Under the pieces are notes generated by a model, which worked only from the letters and a program-made list of their open reading frames with translations, was not told where the DNA came from and searched no databases. Positions 40,976-51,845 of a stretch of DNA of 64,000 bases are shown piece after piece. This DNA is from a virus, in the IMG/VR virus record IMGVR_UViG_3300025009_000051, positions 96,001 through 160,000 of that record. The stretch is one strand, 5' to 3'. Position 1 is the stretch's first letter, and each line of letters opens with the position of its first letter. The position numbers were made by a program, and so were the translations under genes.

Positions 40976-41479
40976 TTATTCTCTAAAATTATCCCATTTA
41001 TTTAAACAACATTTTTTATATTTCTTACCTGAACCACATCCACATAAATCATTTCTTCCAAGCTTCTTAAATTTTTGAAATTCTTTAACCTTGATTTCGT
41101 GCTCTTCTTGACGTTTATTTTCTTTTTCTGTTCTTATTCGTTTTTCTTCTTCATCTATTGCTGCTTGACCAGCATCATCTTCTTTAATATTCACAAAATC
41201 ATTTTCATCATATTCTTTAAACATTTCAAGTAAAGGATTTGGAGGAGTAAGAAGATAACTAAACATAGTTTCCCAATCTTTCTTTTGTTTTTCTTTATAT
41301 CGTAATCGTTGTTCGAATATTTTTTCTTCTGGTATTTCATTCAATGGAGTTGGAGAATAAATCGTTCCACAGATTCTACAAGTTTTTTCTCCAGAAGCAT
41401 CAAAATGCTTTTCATCATGTAAGGTATAATCTTCACAAGTTTTACAATATTTTCTATATCTAAAAATTGTCGGCGCCAT
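40976..41479 (-). CDS. SEC-C motif protein
   Basis: [20 protein letters not shown]; N-terminal CxxC pairs. Confidence 0.8.
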   Translation of the reverse strand: MAPTIFRYRKYCKTCEDYTLHDEKHFDASGEKTCRICGTIYSPTPLNEIPEEKIFEQRLRYKEKQKKDWETMFSYLLTPPNPLLEMFKEYDENDFVNIKEDDAGQAAIDEEEKRIRTEKENKRQEEHEIKVKEFQKFKKLGRNDLCGCGSGKKYKKCCLNKWDNFRE

Positions 41480-41482
41480 AAA

Positions 41483-41980
41483 TTATAGATTATTGAATTG
41501 AATAAATAAATTTTCCATTTTAATATCTTTAACGATATATTCAATATTGTATAATTCATCGAAAAATTCTTTCTTTTCTTTTTGATACATCTTATATTTT
41601 TCTGAACTGAATATTGCAGAGTGTTCCATGTTTGCAATTCTATCACAAAGTTTTACAATGATTGCATCTGGATTAGATTTTATTTTTGGATACGTCTTTG
41701 CTTTTCTTTCCTTTCTATTTCTTCCATATTCATCTGTAACTGCAAAAACAATTTCTGCTATTTCTTCTCCAAATATTTCTTTAATGTTACCATATGAAAT
41801 ATGTCCATCTTCTATACTATCGTGCAAAATGCAACCAACAATAATTTTTTCTGGAAATTCGTATTTTGCTGCTATATTTGCAACACTTTTGATATGATAC
41901 ATATAAGGAAATATATCATAACTTTGATTGGAGTGAACTCGTTCTGCGATTAAATACGCCATTTCTATTTTACTTAACAT
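41483..41980 (-). CDS. HD-domain protein, RelA/SpoT hydrolase-like (small alarmone hydrolase / Mesh1-like)
   Basis: H..Q.Y...PY..H, LHDSIED, VFAVTD, VKLCDRIAN. Confidence 0.8.
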   Translation of the reverse strand: MLSKIEMAYLIAERVHSNQSYDIFPYMYHIKSVANIAAKYEFPEKIIVGCILHDSIEDGHISYGNIKEIFGEEIAEIVFAVTDEYGRNRKERKAKTYPKIKSNPDAIIVKLCDRIANMEHSAIFSSEKYKMYQKEKKEFFDELYNIEYIVKDIKMENLFIQFNNL

Positions 41981-42038
41981 CTTCTTTTGTTTTTATATTA
42001 CAAATATACAACGAATAAATGACAATAAAAAATTATTT

Positions 42039-44541
42039 TTAATTTATTTTTTTAAAACAATCACAAGATTTACAATATTCTTCTGATATTTTTGTTCTTA
42101 AATTTGTTTCTCCTAAATCCGTCAATGTCCAGCATCCCATTCGACCGTTCAATGCTTCCGGGTAATCGCACCATTTAGGTTGTTTAAAATTTTCCAAAAT
42201 ATAACCGATAGTTCGTTTTTCTTCAATTAATTGATCTATCTCTTCTTGAGTCAATTCGTGAAAATATTTCTTGTTGGGATTTGTGATATTAATCGGTGTT
42301 TCTGATTCAATTATTATTTTCATTTTCTTCATTTATTTTTGTAATTTTAAATCCTGCATTCTTTAATTGATTTTCAAAATCTACACAAATATTTCTATAT
42401 TTTTGAATTCCCCCGTCACATCTGGATAGGAATAAAAACAAGTCTACACCTTCATCATTTAATACCCAATCAAATCCTTTTGTAAAAACTTGTATAGTTG
42501 CATTTACAACATACAATCTTTTCTTTTTTGTCATTGTTTCGACATTTCGAATACAAAATAAATTTGAATGTCTACCAATTAGTAGGTTATCCAGATTATT
42601 GTTAATCTCATCAAGTGTTTCTTGATTAATTCTTATTTTCATATTTTTTTATTTAATTAAAAGAAAACTGCATCGTTTAGGTTGTAGAAGTCCAATTTAC
42701 AAAGATAAAATTCCTACTGCACAAACAATAAGGATTAAAACAAAAATTGTTTTTTGACTTAAAGTCATTTGATCAAAATCTTTTTCTAATAAAAACATAT
42801 CTTTTTAATTTTAAATTTATATTACAAAGTTAAACGAATTTATTGAATAATCAAATTATTTTATATGTTTTTTTATTTCAATAAATATCTTGCAAGATAT
42901 ATAAATTCCTGTGAAAATATAAAATATAAAAAAAATAATATTTTCATCTTTAGTTGAAGTAGGAACATAATGTTCTGCAATGGTGCATAAGAAAACAAAA
43001 CCTAGAGTAAGTAATATACCCAATGCAGCATTTTTAAAAATAATTATTGGTATCATAGCTTTTATTTTTATAGTAATTCTGAATGATAAAATTTAACGAA
43101 CGGATCAACTTTAAATAACCATACAAATTTATATTGGTCTTCTTTTGGAATAGAATCTAAAATTTTTCTGATTTGAGGTGTGTTTGTAATGAGGAATCCT
43201 CCTGTCATGTGTTCTTCTCCATTTCGTGTAATTACAGCGAATTCATTTGTCTTACTAAAGTTATTAGCAACCAATTCAACTTCTTCATATCCGTTTGTTT
43301 CGGAAGTAATGTGTAAGATTTTCATAATTGTTTAGTTTTAATTAAAAATAAAAAATATAATATATAAGAGTAAACCTATTGACATAAATAATAAATATGC
43401 CCCAGACAATTGAAATTTTTCATCTATTTTATTTTTTGTCTTTTCTTTATTATATGCTAAATTTCCAAAAATAGCAAATAAGAAATACAACAAAGAAATT
43501 ATTTTTAATACAAAGAATAAAAAAGAACTTTCAGCATACATTTCAGCAGTAAAACACGCTGCTCCAATAAGAACAACCATCATACTACACACAAACGATA
43601 TCCAACTAATAGTAAAATAAAATTTTGATTCATATTTTAAAAATTGAATTGTATCTTCTATTCCGGTTCTATATTTATTAAAAATTCTATTCTTTTCAGA
43701 TTTCTTCTTTTTATTTTCTTTTAAATTTCTTTCTTGCCGTAATATTTGTAGACAAAAGGAGAAATCTTCTTCTGATACATCTGTTCCCATTGTTTCCATT
43801 TCAATTAAATATCCTAATTGAATTTTTGCATCTTGAATATCTTTTTTAATTAATGAAAAAGTATCATGATATTCTCGATATGATTTTTCAGTTATCATAA
43901 AAGATTTTTTTCCACATACCAATTCTTTTGTATTGTAATATGGATCGATTTCTTTAGGTCGTTTTGGTAATTCCATAATATTTTAGTGAAGGTATAAATA
44001 AACATTTACAAATAATCTTAATGCATTAATTGCAGTCGAATCTGCTCTTTGAATTGCTCCTTGTAAATCATTATTACAAATTGCTTGAACAAAACTTCCT
44101 CCTCTCATTACATTATCTCGAGTATTAACAATGCTCATACAAAGATTAGTTATGTGATCAAGTTCAACTAAACTTGTACAATTATTTGAAATTAAACTAA
44201 TATTTTTTTCAACATATTGTTGAACAGCTTCTCGTTCCATATTAATTATTTTAAATTACTTCGTTTATTAAACACCTCATATCTTCTTCAAATCTTTCAA
44301 AATATGCAAACAAGTCGTCTACATTCTCCAAAGGAATTGTATATAACAATTCATCTTTAAACCAGTGCGGATAATTTTTAACATCTTCTTGAAAAGAATC
44401 TGGATATGTATTTTCATATTCTTTTTTATCCGTTCCCTTCAAATATATCTTAATGAATTTTCCATCTTTAACTGCCTTATGAGTATCATTTTGTTTAATA
44501 ATACTGTTGACTTTCTTTGTTTTTAATGCTTCTAATTCCAT
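42039..44541 (-). CDS. Run of hypothetical ORFs: 42039-42332, 42307-42642, 42856-43056, 43068-43325, 43338-43976, 43983-44240, 44251-44541
   Basis: Co-oriented ORFs, several hydrophobic, behind TAnnTTTG promoters. Confidence 0.6.
42661..42695 (+). mobile_element. Solo IS200/IS605-type end-hairpin remnant
   Basis: 42671-42691 matches the reverse complement of 15220-15240 at 20/21 nt; ends AAGTCCAA. Confidence 0.5.
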
Positions 44542-44635
44542 TTCGTTTGTTTTTATACTACAAATATACAACGAATAAATGAAACAAAAAAATAATTTTG
44601 AATAATTTTTTATATTTATTGTAAATGAATTTAGT

Positions 44636-45421
44636 ATGTCTGAAAAAATTAATTTACAAACTCTAATACAATCTGAATTATCATTATTATCAAATAATTC
44701 TTATACTCATTCTATTATTGATATCGATTTAGTAGAACAAGAATGTAAAGAATTCAAATCATTTATAAATAAAAATTACAATTCAATTCTTACAGAACAA
44801 TTTCAAATAAATGAATTGACTGGTTGGTTAAAAGATAGAATGGCATTTATAAAAGGTATTGCAGAATCATTAAAATTAAAAATAGCCGATTTAATTAAAT
44901 TATTTACAAATTCAAAAGTCTATAAATTCTTTGCACACATAGGATGGAATTTAACTAAATTATTTGATTTAATAAAAACAGGATTTAAATATTATAGATT
45001 ATTATTAGATAAGATTGCTGAATTTATGTCTAAAAATAAAGTAGCTAAATGGACCGAAGAAAAATTAAAACAATTAGATCAATTCTTAAGTGAAAATCCA
45101 ATGTTAAGAAAAATAGCAGGAGTGGGTGTAGCTGCATTATTAGTCTATATTTGGTTCAATATGGCATTCACAGGAGATGTTTCTTATGATTTTGATATGT
45201 CAACTGTTTTAGGAGCATTGGCAGGTAAATTTACTCTTCATACTTTATTTGCAGGAAAAGAAGGAACTAAATTATTACTTCTATTGACTACTGGATTATT
45301 AGGATTATCATTTCCGTGGCCGGGGCCTTCTTCAATTAAATTTATAAGTTCAATGATCATTGCATTGGCTAAAGCAGTTAAAAATAAAATACAAGGAGCA
45401 AAAATTCAGAAACATGATTAA
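44636..45421 (+). CDS. Hypothetical membrane protein (late-type promoter at 44612)
   Basis: Hydrophobic C-terminal helices. Confidence 0.65.
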   Translation: MSEKINLQTLIQSELSLLSNNSYTHSIIDIDLVEQECKEFKSFINKNYNSILTEQFQINELTGWLKDRMAFIKGIAESLKLKIADLIKLFTNSKVYKFFAHIGWNLTKLFDLIKTGFKYYRLLLDKIAEFMSKNKVAKWTEEKLKQLDQFLSENPMLRKIAGVGVAALLVYIWFNMAFTGDVSYDFDMSTVLGALAGKFTLHTLFAGKEGTKLLLLLTTGLLGLSFPWPGPSSIKFISSMIIALAKAVKNKIQGAKIQKHD

Positions 45422-46172
45422 ATTAAAATCTCTTATCTTTGAAGAAGACTTCAAACTATCTATTCCATATATATCTCATCAATATGATTATTGGAATAAA
45501 AAATTATTTAATAATGAATTACCAACTCTTCCATTTAAAATAGAACATAATAAAAGTCGAGGAGGAGCAGTTTTATATTCTGTGCTGTTAAAAACAAAAG
45601 GAAATAGAAGAAAAGCAATATTTAAGGAATTTGACCATCTTGCAATTTCAGATTTCTTTATCCACACTCAAGAAAGATTCCTTGGTATTTTAGTTCATGA
45701 AATGATTCATGTATTTCTTCTAAAGAATAATATTGTTTATACCACAGGAGGAGATAGAATGCACGGTAGAGAATTTATGGAAAAATTAAAAGAGTTACAA
45801 CCAAAAGTAGATTTTAAAATACCTGTTTCAGAAAATACTGAAGATTTACAATTGAACGCAGATAAACTAAAAGAAAAAATAATTAATGTTTTATTGATGA
45901 AACAAAAAGACAAAAATTATATTGCATTAATATCAAATACTAAACCTTTAAATAAAGAACAAATCGCAATTAGATTTAATACTTATCTAACAATTTCAAA
46001 AGACGAATTATTGTGGTTTAAGAGTAAAGATAAAAATTTACAAGTATTTTCAATGATTCGCGATTTAGGAGCAAAAGCTAAATTTTATGAAATAAAAGAT
46101 GAGTTCAAACAGGAGTTATTGAAAACAGCAGCTGATATTCAAAAAATAGAACCATTTAAATGGAAACAATAA
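45414..46172 (+). CDS. SprT-like zinc metalloprotease
   Basis: LVHEMIH...HGREF; WNKKLFNNELP; start at MIKLKSLI. Confidence 0.75.
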   Translation: MIKLKSLIFEEDFKLSIPYISHQYDYWNKKLFNNELPTLPFKIEHNKSRGGAVLYSVLLKTKGNRRKAIFKEFDHLAISDFFIHTQERFLGILVHEMIHVFLLKNNIVYTTGGDRMHGREFMEKLKELQPKVDFKIPVSENTEDLQLNADKLKEKIINVLLMKQKDKNYIALISNTKPLNKEQIAIRFNTYLTISKDELLWFKSKDKNLQVFSMIRDLGAKAKFYEIKDEFKQELLKTAADIQKIEPFKWKQ

Positions 46173-46362
46173 ATCAATAAATTTCTTCATCTGGTAATTT
46201 ATCTAACTTATATCCCATAGCATTTATTAAATCCAAAAATTCTTCTATTCTTTCCCTTTCTAATAATGCTCCAGAATAATTTATAAATTTTATTCTGGTT
46301 ATTAAAACTCCCAATTGTTCTAATTCATAATCTGAATATTGATCTATTTTCATTTGTATTTT

Positions 46363-46686
46363 TTAGGTTTGATTCAACATTTTATTAATTATACTATCTG
46401 TAATTTTATGAGGACTAAATCTTTTATCATTTACATGAAGAATTTTATTCACTGATAAATATTCAAGAGTATTCTTCCAAGCTCCAAATACAGAATCATT
46501 ATTTTTTATATTTCCTTCATCTGGAATAATTTTATAACCTTCTTTAGTTACTACATAATACCGATTAAATATATCCATTTTAGTCTGAGCGTCGGGGTAT
46601 AGTTTTGTAACCTTCCTTTTAATTTCAGCAAAAATTTCCTTTTTAGTTTTTTCTTTCTTTTGTTTTTGATTACTAAAATTTATCAT
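46363..46686 (-). CDS. Hypothetical protein
   Basis: ORF track; no motif recognised. Confidence 0.6.
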   Translation of the reverse strand: MINFSNQKQKKEKTKKEIFAEIKRKVTKLYPDAQTKMDIFNRYYVVTKEGYKIIPDEGNIKNNDSVFGAWKNTLEYLSVNKILHVNDKRFSPHKITDSIINKMLNQT

Positions 46687-46693
46687 ATTATCT

Positions 46694-47962
46694 TCATTTT
46701 AAAGTTATTAAATTAAGAACGTCTCGCATTTTATTTTTATTTACTATTATTTCAAAGATATCAAATATTGATTTGACATCAAAATTAAATTCTACAGATT
46801 GTTTATTAATTTGAGATTGAATAACTGTTTGAATATTTTCAGATAAATCTTCTTTATTCATTTCTCGCCATTCCAATACAATATTATAAAATTCTTCTGA
46901 ATATTTTACTTTTATTAATCGATAATTTTCTATTATTTCTAATTGGTTATGATAAACTAAATTATTTTCTGATACTAATTCATTAAATATAAGTTGAGGT
47001 AATACAATTTCAAAGATTCTTTTTTCTTCTAATAATTCTTTAGATTTTATTTGAGATAAGTTTTCTAATAATTTTTGTATTAATTTTGTTGAATTTAATA
47101 ATATATCAGCATTTCGAAATAGTTTTTTAATGACTTCTTTTTTAAAGGAAAGTTTATTGTGTTTTAATTTTGTACTGATAGAATGATTTTCTGAATTTTC
47201 TGAAGTGAATTTGAATTTGTCAACTATTTTTGTGGTAATGTTAGAATCTTTAAAAATGAATCCTTCTGGAGTGTATGAAGTATAATGGCTAAAATAACTG
47301 GAGTGGAAATTTTGTAATATAATTTCTTTAATCTCATCTTTTAAATTGTTCAATTGATCTCTTATTAATTGTTTTAATTCTTTATCTTTATTTTTTCTAC
47401 TTTTTAAAATTGGTAAATTATCAGAGTAAAGTAATTTAAAATATTCTAATTTATCTTGAATGTCAGGTTTAATTTTTTCTTTGTAAATATGTTTATTTAA
47501 AATTACAAAATTTGGTAATAGGTTTGAAATAAATACATGCATTGGATGATCTAATGTATATTGCTCAACTTCATCTATAAAAAAAGAAATCGGCATTAGA
47601 GCCGGCACATTAATTTTATTATAATCGATATTATTGACTTGATTGGTATAAAGTAATTCACAAAAGAATTGAACATTATGATTTGAATATATATCCAATA
47701 ATACTTCTTGATCAATATCATAATGTGCTACTTTAAATTGCTTCATATATTCTATATTGTTATAGAACGAAGAATCAAATACCATTGGAGAAGTTTTTGA
47801 TTTAGTGAAAAATCTTCCATCTTGAATTCCAAAAGAAAAATTTTCTCCATCTAATTTTTCAGATAACTCATATCCTTCACCTTTGTGAATCTTATCACAA
47901 ACATATATAAATTTATCATACGGTAACTCATCTAAATGAGTTATTTTCTCCATGTGTCTCAT
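46694..47962 (-). CDS. Ligase-like nucleotidyltransferase (KxDG motif I), possibly RNA-ligase-related
   Basis: SEKLDGENFSFG, FFCELL, PEGFIF...KIV. Confidence 0.5.
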   Translation of the reverse strand: MRHMEKITHLDELPYDKFIYVCDKIHKGEGYELSEKLDGENFSFGIQDGRFFTKSKTSPMVFDSSFYNNIEYMKQFKVAHYDIDQEVLLDIYSNHNVQFFCELLYTNQVNNIDYNKINVPALMPISFFIDEVEQYTLDHPMHVFISNLLPNFVILNKHIYKEKIKPDIQDKLEYFKLLYSDNLPILKSRKNKDKELKQLIRDQLNNLKDEIKEIILQNFHSSYFSHYTSYTPEGFIFKDSNITTKIVDKFKFTSENSENHSISTKLKHNKLSFKKEVIKKLFRNADILLNSTKLIQKLLENLSQIKSKELLEEKRIFEIVLPQLIFNELVSENNLVYHNQLEIIENYRLIKVKYSEEFYNIVLEWREMNKEDLSENIQTVIQSQINKQSVEFNFDVKSIFDIFEIIVNKNKMRDVLNLITLK

Positions 47963-48049
47963 ATTCTTTTTTCTTTAATATTTTTAGAATTATAAACTAT
48001 TTTTTGATATAAACAAAGAAAATATTAAGTTTTTTCATCTAAACACCAA

Positions 48050-49140
48050 TTAAATATCGGTTGCCTCTAAATCTAAATTCAAAAGTTCAACAAGCTTCTG
48101 TTCTTCGTGTTTGGTAGTTGGTATTAATTCTATTTCATCCCATTTTTCATACAGTGTTTTTTCTGGAAGAGTTGTGGGCGAAAAGAATTTGTGTTCTACT
48201 CCAATTTTATCGATCACATCAATAATAGTAGTTCCACCGTCTCTGTATCTTGTAACATTTTTAATATCAAATTGTGTTGCAATTTCATCTTCAATTACAA
48301 AAAAACGAAAATTATCATATTTGAAATTATAAGCGGGATAATCTACCAAAAAATATTTAGGTGTTTTATCTTTGGTTTTATAGCAATATTCAATTTTTCT
48401 TACGCTTTCAGGTATTTTCAAATATTTCATTGAAAGTGCTTTTTCAATTTCTTTAAAATTTACAAAAGTTTCATTTGGATAAGGATTGTTGAATGGATTT
48501 CCTTTATCATACTTTGCAACTCTTGTCATAAAATTAAACTCGGGAGTCCAATCAATTCGTCCAATTAATAATATCAAGTTGTTATTATGAGAATAAATTG
48601 TAAATGGAGATTTATGTGTATCTTCCCATACATTTTTACCTCTTGCAGTTTGCATATCTCCTCTACCCGAACCAAACCCTCCATTAACCATTTCTACAAA
48701 ATAATCAGTATTTGGAAATCTAACATATAATTGATGATCTCCGCCGTCTGATCCGAATCGCAATATTTCAAAGAATGCTTTTGCCGCTTTTCTATCATTA
48801 TATTCTACATTTGTAAAATAAATTGCTGTTTCGTTTTGGTCTGAACTTCTAAAAAGTTCTACATTTCTTTTTTTAAATTTGGATAATTCACAAAATTGTT
48901 TTTCTGATTTCATTTTATTATTTTTATAATTTAATTTTCGTGACTGCATAAACAAGTATAATGAGATCTCCAGCATATAGCACAAATAAATCCTTCATGA
49001 ACGCGCATTAAAGTTTCATCTGGCTCATTCCATTCAAAACCATTATGTTTATTTATTTTTCGTTCTTGTGGAATTGCATTTATAATTTCCTCATCTACTT
49101 TCAATTTTTCGACTTCTGATAATGTTCTATAATCTGTCAT
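48050..49140 (-). CDS. Two hypothetical ORFs: 48050-48913, 48931-49140
   Basis: ORF track; no motif recognised. Confidence 0.6.
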
Positions 49141-49141
49141 A

Positions 49142-49906
49142 TTAAATTTTATTAAAATAATTTTCTAAATCTATTATTAATTTTTGTAAATCTGCATCAT
49201 AAAATCCTGCACAATTAATACATCCACATTCTATTATTTTATAACCATTATTTGTGTTGGCTATATCCATTACAAAAGCATCTGCTAATTGGAAAATATT
49301 TATCATTTTTTCACAAAATTTAATAGCATTTTCATCTACCAAATTATTCTTATAATTTACAAATCCACCTATTCTATATGTAGAATATGTTGATATTTTT
49401 CCACCCACTATCCAAAATCTGCTTTCATTATATATTTGTTTTACTTTGGATACTTGGATTTTTACATTTTTGTTCACAAACTTATTCTTAAGACACGATT
49501 GCCTCTTTTCATCCCACTCATATTTATCAAATACAGCACCAGTAAATGTTTTTGTATCCAATGTAGGTCGGATGAACTTTCTTTTTGTAAAATCAATTTC
49601 ATCATTAATGCCACAAATAATCGAATCATAATTTAATAAATTGTCTTTATAATAGTCTTTATAAATTTCATAATTATGATTTTCATTTGCTAAACTACCA
49701 GGATAAAAATTAAAATTTTTACCTATTCTGGCTAATTTAAGGCTACCAAATAAAAATACATTTGTTTCTTTTGTTTTAAATTTTAAATTTTCTGTAAAAG
49801 GTAGAACTTTAACTATTTCATAATTAAGATTCAATCTTTCCAATGAATTTATGATATTATCATAATTCTGTTCTCTGAATGTATTTTCTTGAATTATATA
49901 ATGCAT
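49142..49906 (-). CDS. ATP-grasp domain protein (R2K-like)
   Basis: FIRP...KTFTG, ESRFWIVGG, FVMDIA...KIIECGCIN.AGFY. Confidence 0.75.
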   Translation of the reverse strand: MHYIIQENTFREQNYDNIINSLERLNLNYEIVKVLPFTENLKFKTKETNVFLFGSLKLARIGKNFNFYPGSLANENHNYEIYKDYYKDNLLNYDSIICGINDEIDFTKRKFIRPTLDTKTFTGAVFDKYEWDEKRQSCLKNKFVNKNVKIQVSKVKQIYNESRFWIVGGKISTYSTYRIGGFVNYKNNLVDENAIKFCEKMINIFQLADAFVMDIANTNNGYKIIECGCINCAGFYDADLQKLIIDLENYFNKI

Positions 49907-49923
49907 GATATTTAAATTTATAT

Positions 49924-51411
49924 TTATGAGTTTCTTATATCGCAAGCCGGTCTCCAGAATGAATTGTTATACCATCTAAGTCTTAAATTAGTCAACAATT
50001 CATTTAAATGAGTTTTATCTATTGATTCTGGTAAATCACAGTTATCATAAATCTCATCAATAATTTTAATTTCATTTTTAGCTTGATCAATAATAGTTTG
50101 TAAATCTACTTTACCTTTTCTAATATCAATTAATTTATCTGCATCTGGACGTTTTAAAATCATTCCTTTCCCTTCAGCAATTTCACGACTCATACTTAAT
50201 AATCTAACACAATGCATTAAATTTTTTCCGTCTATTTGTTGCTTATGTGATTCAACATCTACCCATCTATTTAAATTTCTTTCCTTTAACCAAGTTTGAT
50301 AATTTTGATATTCTTTACAATGAGTAGAATAAGAATTTAAATCATATAAAATAAAAGCTTTTATTCTTTCATTTTTTGGTATTGAAGACAATCTAATTTC
50401 ATTACTAACTATTTCATCTTCTTGATTCATTTTTATAATACCATTGTATTTTATTTCCGGTTTATCTTCATAAAACAATCCAAATACCATAATATATTTG
50501 TAAGCATCTTTAGGTTGAAGTTTACTTGATTTATATAAAGGTTCTAATAAATGTTTATAAGCGTTTGATAAATCTAATACATCTTGGTATTGAATGTTTG
50601 AATTGTGTTTCATGACATCCAATTTAGCATTCAGATTATTAATTTTTACAAGTAGACTATCTGAAAAACCATTTACGTCTAATACTCCATATTTAGATAA
50701 GATTTGAAGTTGTTTAGATAAATGAAATGATAATAATTGCCAATCATTTATATCAGCATGATGTTTAATAAATTCAATTAATTTATCATAGGTGTGAGGA
50801 ATAGGAACCAATCCACATTTAGCTTGATCTAAATCATTTTGTTTTAACCAATCTATAATTGGAATTGTTTCTTTTTCTTGAATGACCGAAATAAAATCAA
50901 GTGGAGTTTTTCTTTTTGTTTTTGCTTTATTCCAATTCTGAAATTTATTTTGTCCTTGACTTTTTTGTATTTGTGCCGAAGCATATCCACCTACTGAATA
51001 TTTGCATTGCTTTGTTAGAAATTTTGTTCTCTCGCATATTAATTCATGTAGAATTGGATGACGGTAAATTAAATTTTCATCATCTAAAAATAGCAATTCC
51101 AGAACCCCCGGATTTGAACTTAACAACAATTCAATATATCTTCCAATTTCAAAAAATACATTGTCGCCTTTAGGATTACCTTTTGAATCAAGTTCTCCGA
51201 ATGCTAATTGAGGATAATAAGTAGAGCCCAATCCAAATAGATATTTTTCCGGTATGATATAAATGCCTTTAAAATCTTCATCACTTCCTTCTGAATTAGT
51301 ACCATATAAATGACTACCAACTCTTGCAAGCAATAAAATCTCAAATTCTAAAATATCATCAGAATAAGTAGAGTCTAAATTTCTCTCTTTTAAAAAATCC
51401 TTTATTAACAT
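49924..51411 (-). CDS. Pol-beta superfamily nucleotidyltransferase (RlaP/YcgL-like)
   Basis: GSHLYGTN...SDEDFKGIY; NPGVLELLF; KNLMHCVRLL. Confidence 0.8.
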   Translation of the reverse strand: MLIKDFLKERNLDSTYSDDILEFEILLLARVGSHLYGTNSEGSDEDFKGIYIIPEKYLFGLGSTYYPQLAFGELDSKGNPKGDNVFFEIGRYIELLLSSNPGVLELLFLDDENLIYRHPILHELICERTKFLTKQCKYSVGGYASAQIQKSQGQNKFQNWNKAKTKRKTPLDFISVIQEKETIPIIDWLKQNDLDQAKCGLVPIPHTYDKLIEFIKHHADINDWQLLSFHLSKQLQILSKYGVLDVNGFSDSLLVKINNLNAKLDVMKHNSNIQYQDVLDLSNAYKHLLEPLYKSSKLQPKDAYKYIMVFGLFYEDKPEIKYNGIIKMNQEDEIVSNEIRLSSIPKNERIKAFILYDLNSYSTHCKEYQNYQTWLKERNLNRWVDVESHKQQIDGKNLMHCVRLLSMSREIAEGKGMILKRPDADKLIDIRKGKVDLQTIIDQAKNEIKIIDEIYDNCDLPESIDKTHLNELLTNLRLRWYNNSFWRPACDIRNS

Positions 51412-51444
51412 AACTTCAATTTATTTTTGTATTTCGTTATAGTA

Positions 51445-51542
51445 TTAAATTTCATATAAATTTCTTTATATTCATTTTTCCTAATTCAATGAGTCTCCAA
51501 TGAGTTACTCTCCAAAGGCGTTAATTCGGACCTACTCGGCCC
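51445..51542 (-). ncRNA. Orphan TnpB omegaRNA scaffold, copy C
   Basis: Reverse complement is 96/98 identical to 4780-4877; no tnpB upstream. Confidence 0.8.
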
Positions 51543-51559
51543 TATTTTCTTTTATAATA

Positions 51560-51590
51560 CAAATTTAAATATTTTTTTGATATAAACAAA
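51560..51590 (-). promoter_or_regulatory. Bacteroidota-type promoter TTTG-N19-TAAATTTG directly upstream of omegaRNA copy C
   Basis: Exact consensus match and spacing. Confidence 0.7.
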
Positions 51591-51598
51591 ATTTATTT

Positions 51599-51805
51599 TT
51601 AAGGTTCTAATTTTAATCCCCGTTTATAGAGCCAATTCAGAACTTCCACTAAATCTGTGCTTTTGATTAAATCATCATTTTCGATTTTATAAACAATCTT
51701 TAACTCTTCTCCTGAATCTGAATGGTAGGCGTATTCAACCTTTTTCTCTTCTTTAAACTTATCTGTAGCAAATTCTGACATCATTTGATTGTTGTATCTC
51801 TTCAT
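51599..51805 (-). CDS. Hypothetical protein
   Basis: ORF track. Confidence 0.55.
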   Translation of the reverse strand: MKRYNNQMMSEFATDKFKEEKKVEYAYHSDSGEELKIVYKIENDDLIKSTDLVEVLNWLYKRGLKLEP

Positions 51806-51845
51806 CTATTTGAAATAAGTTAGTAATATAAAAATAAATATAACT

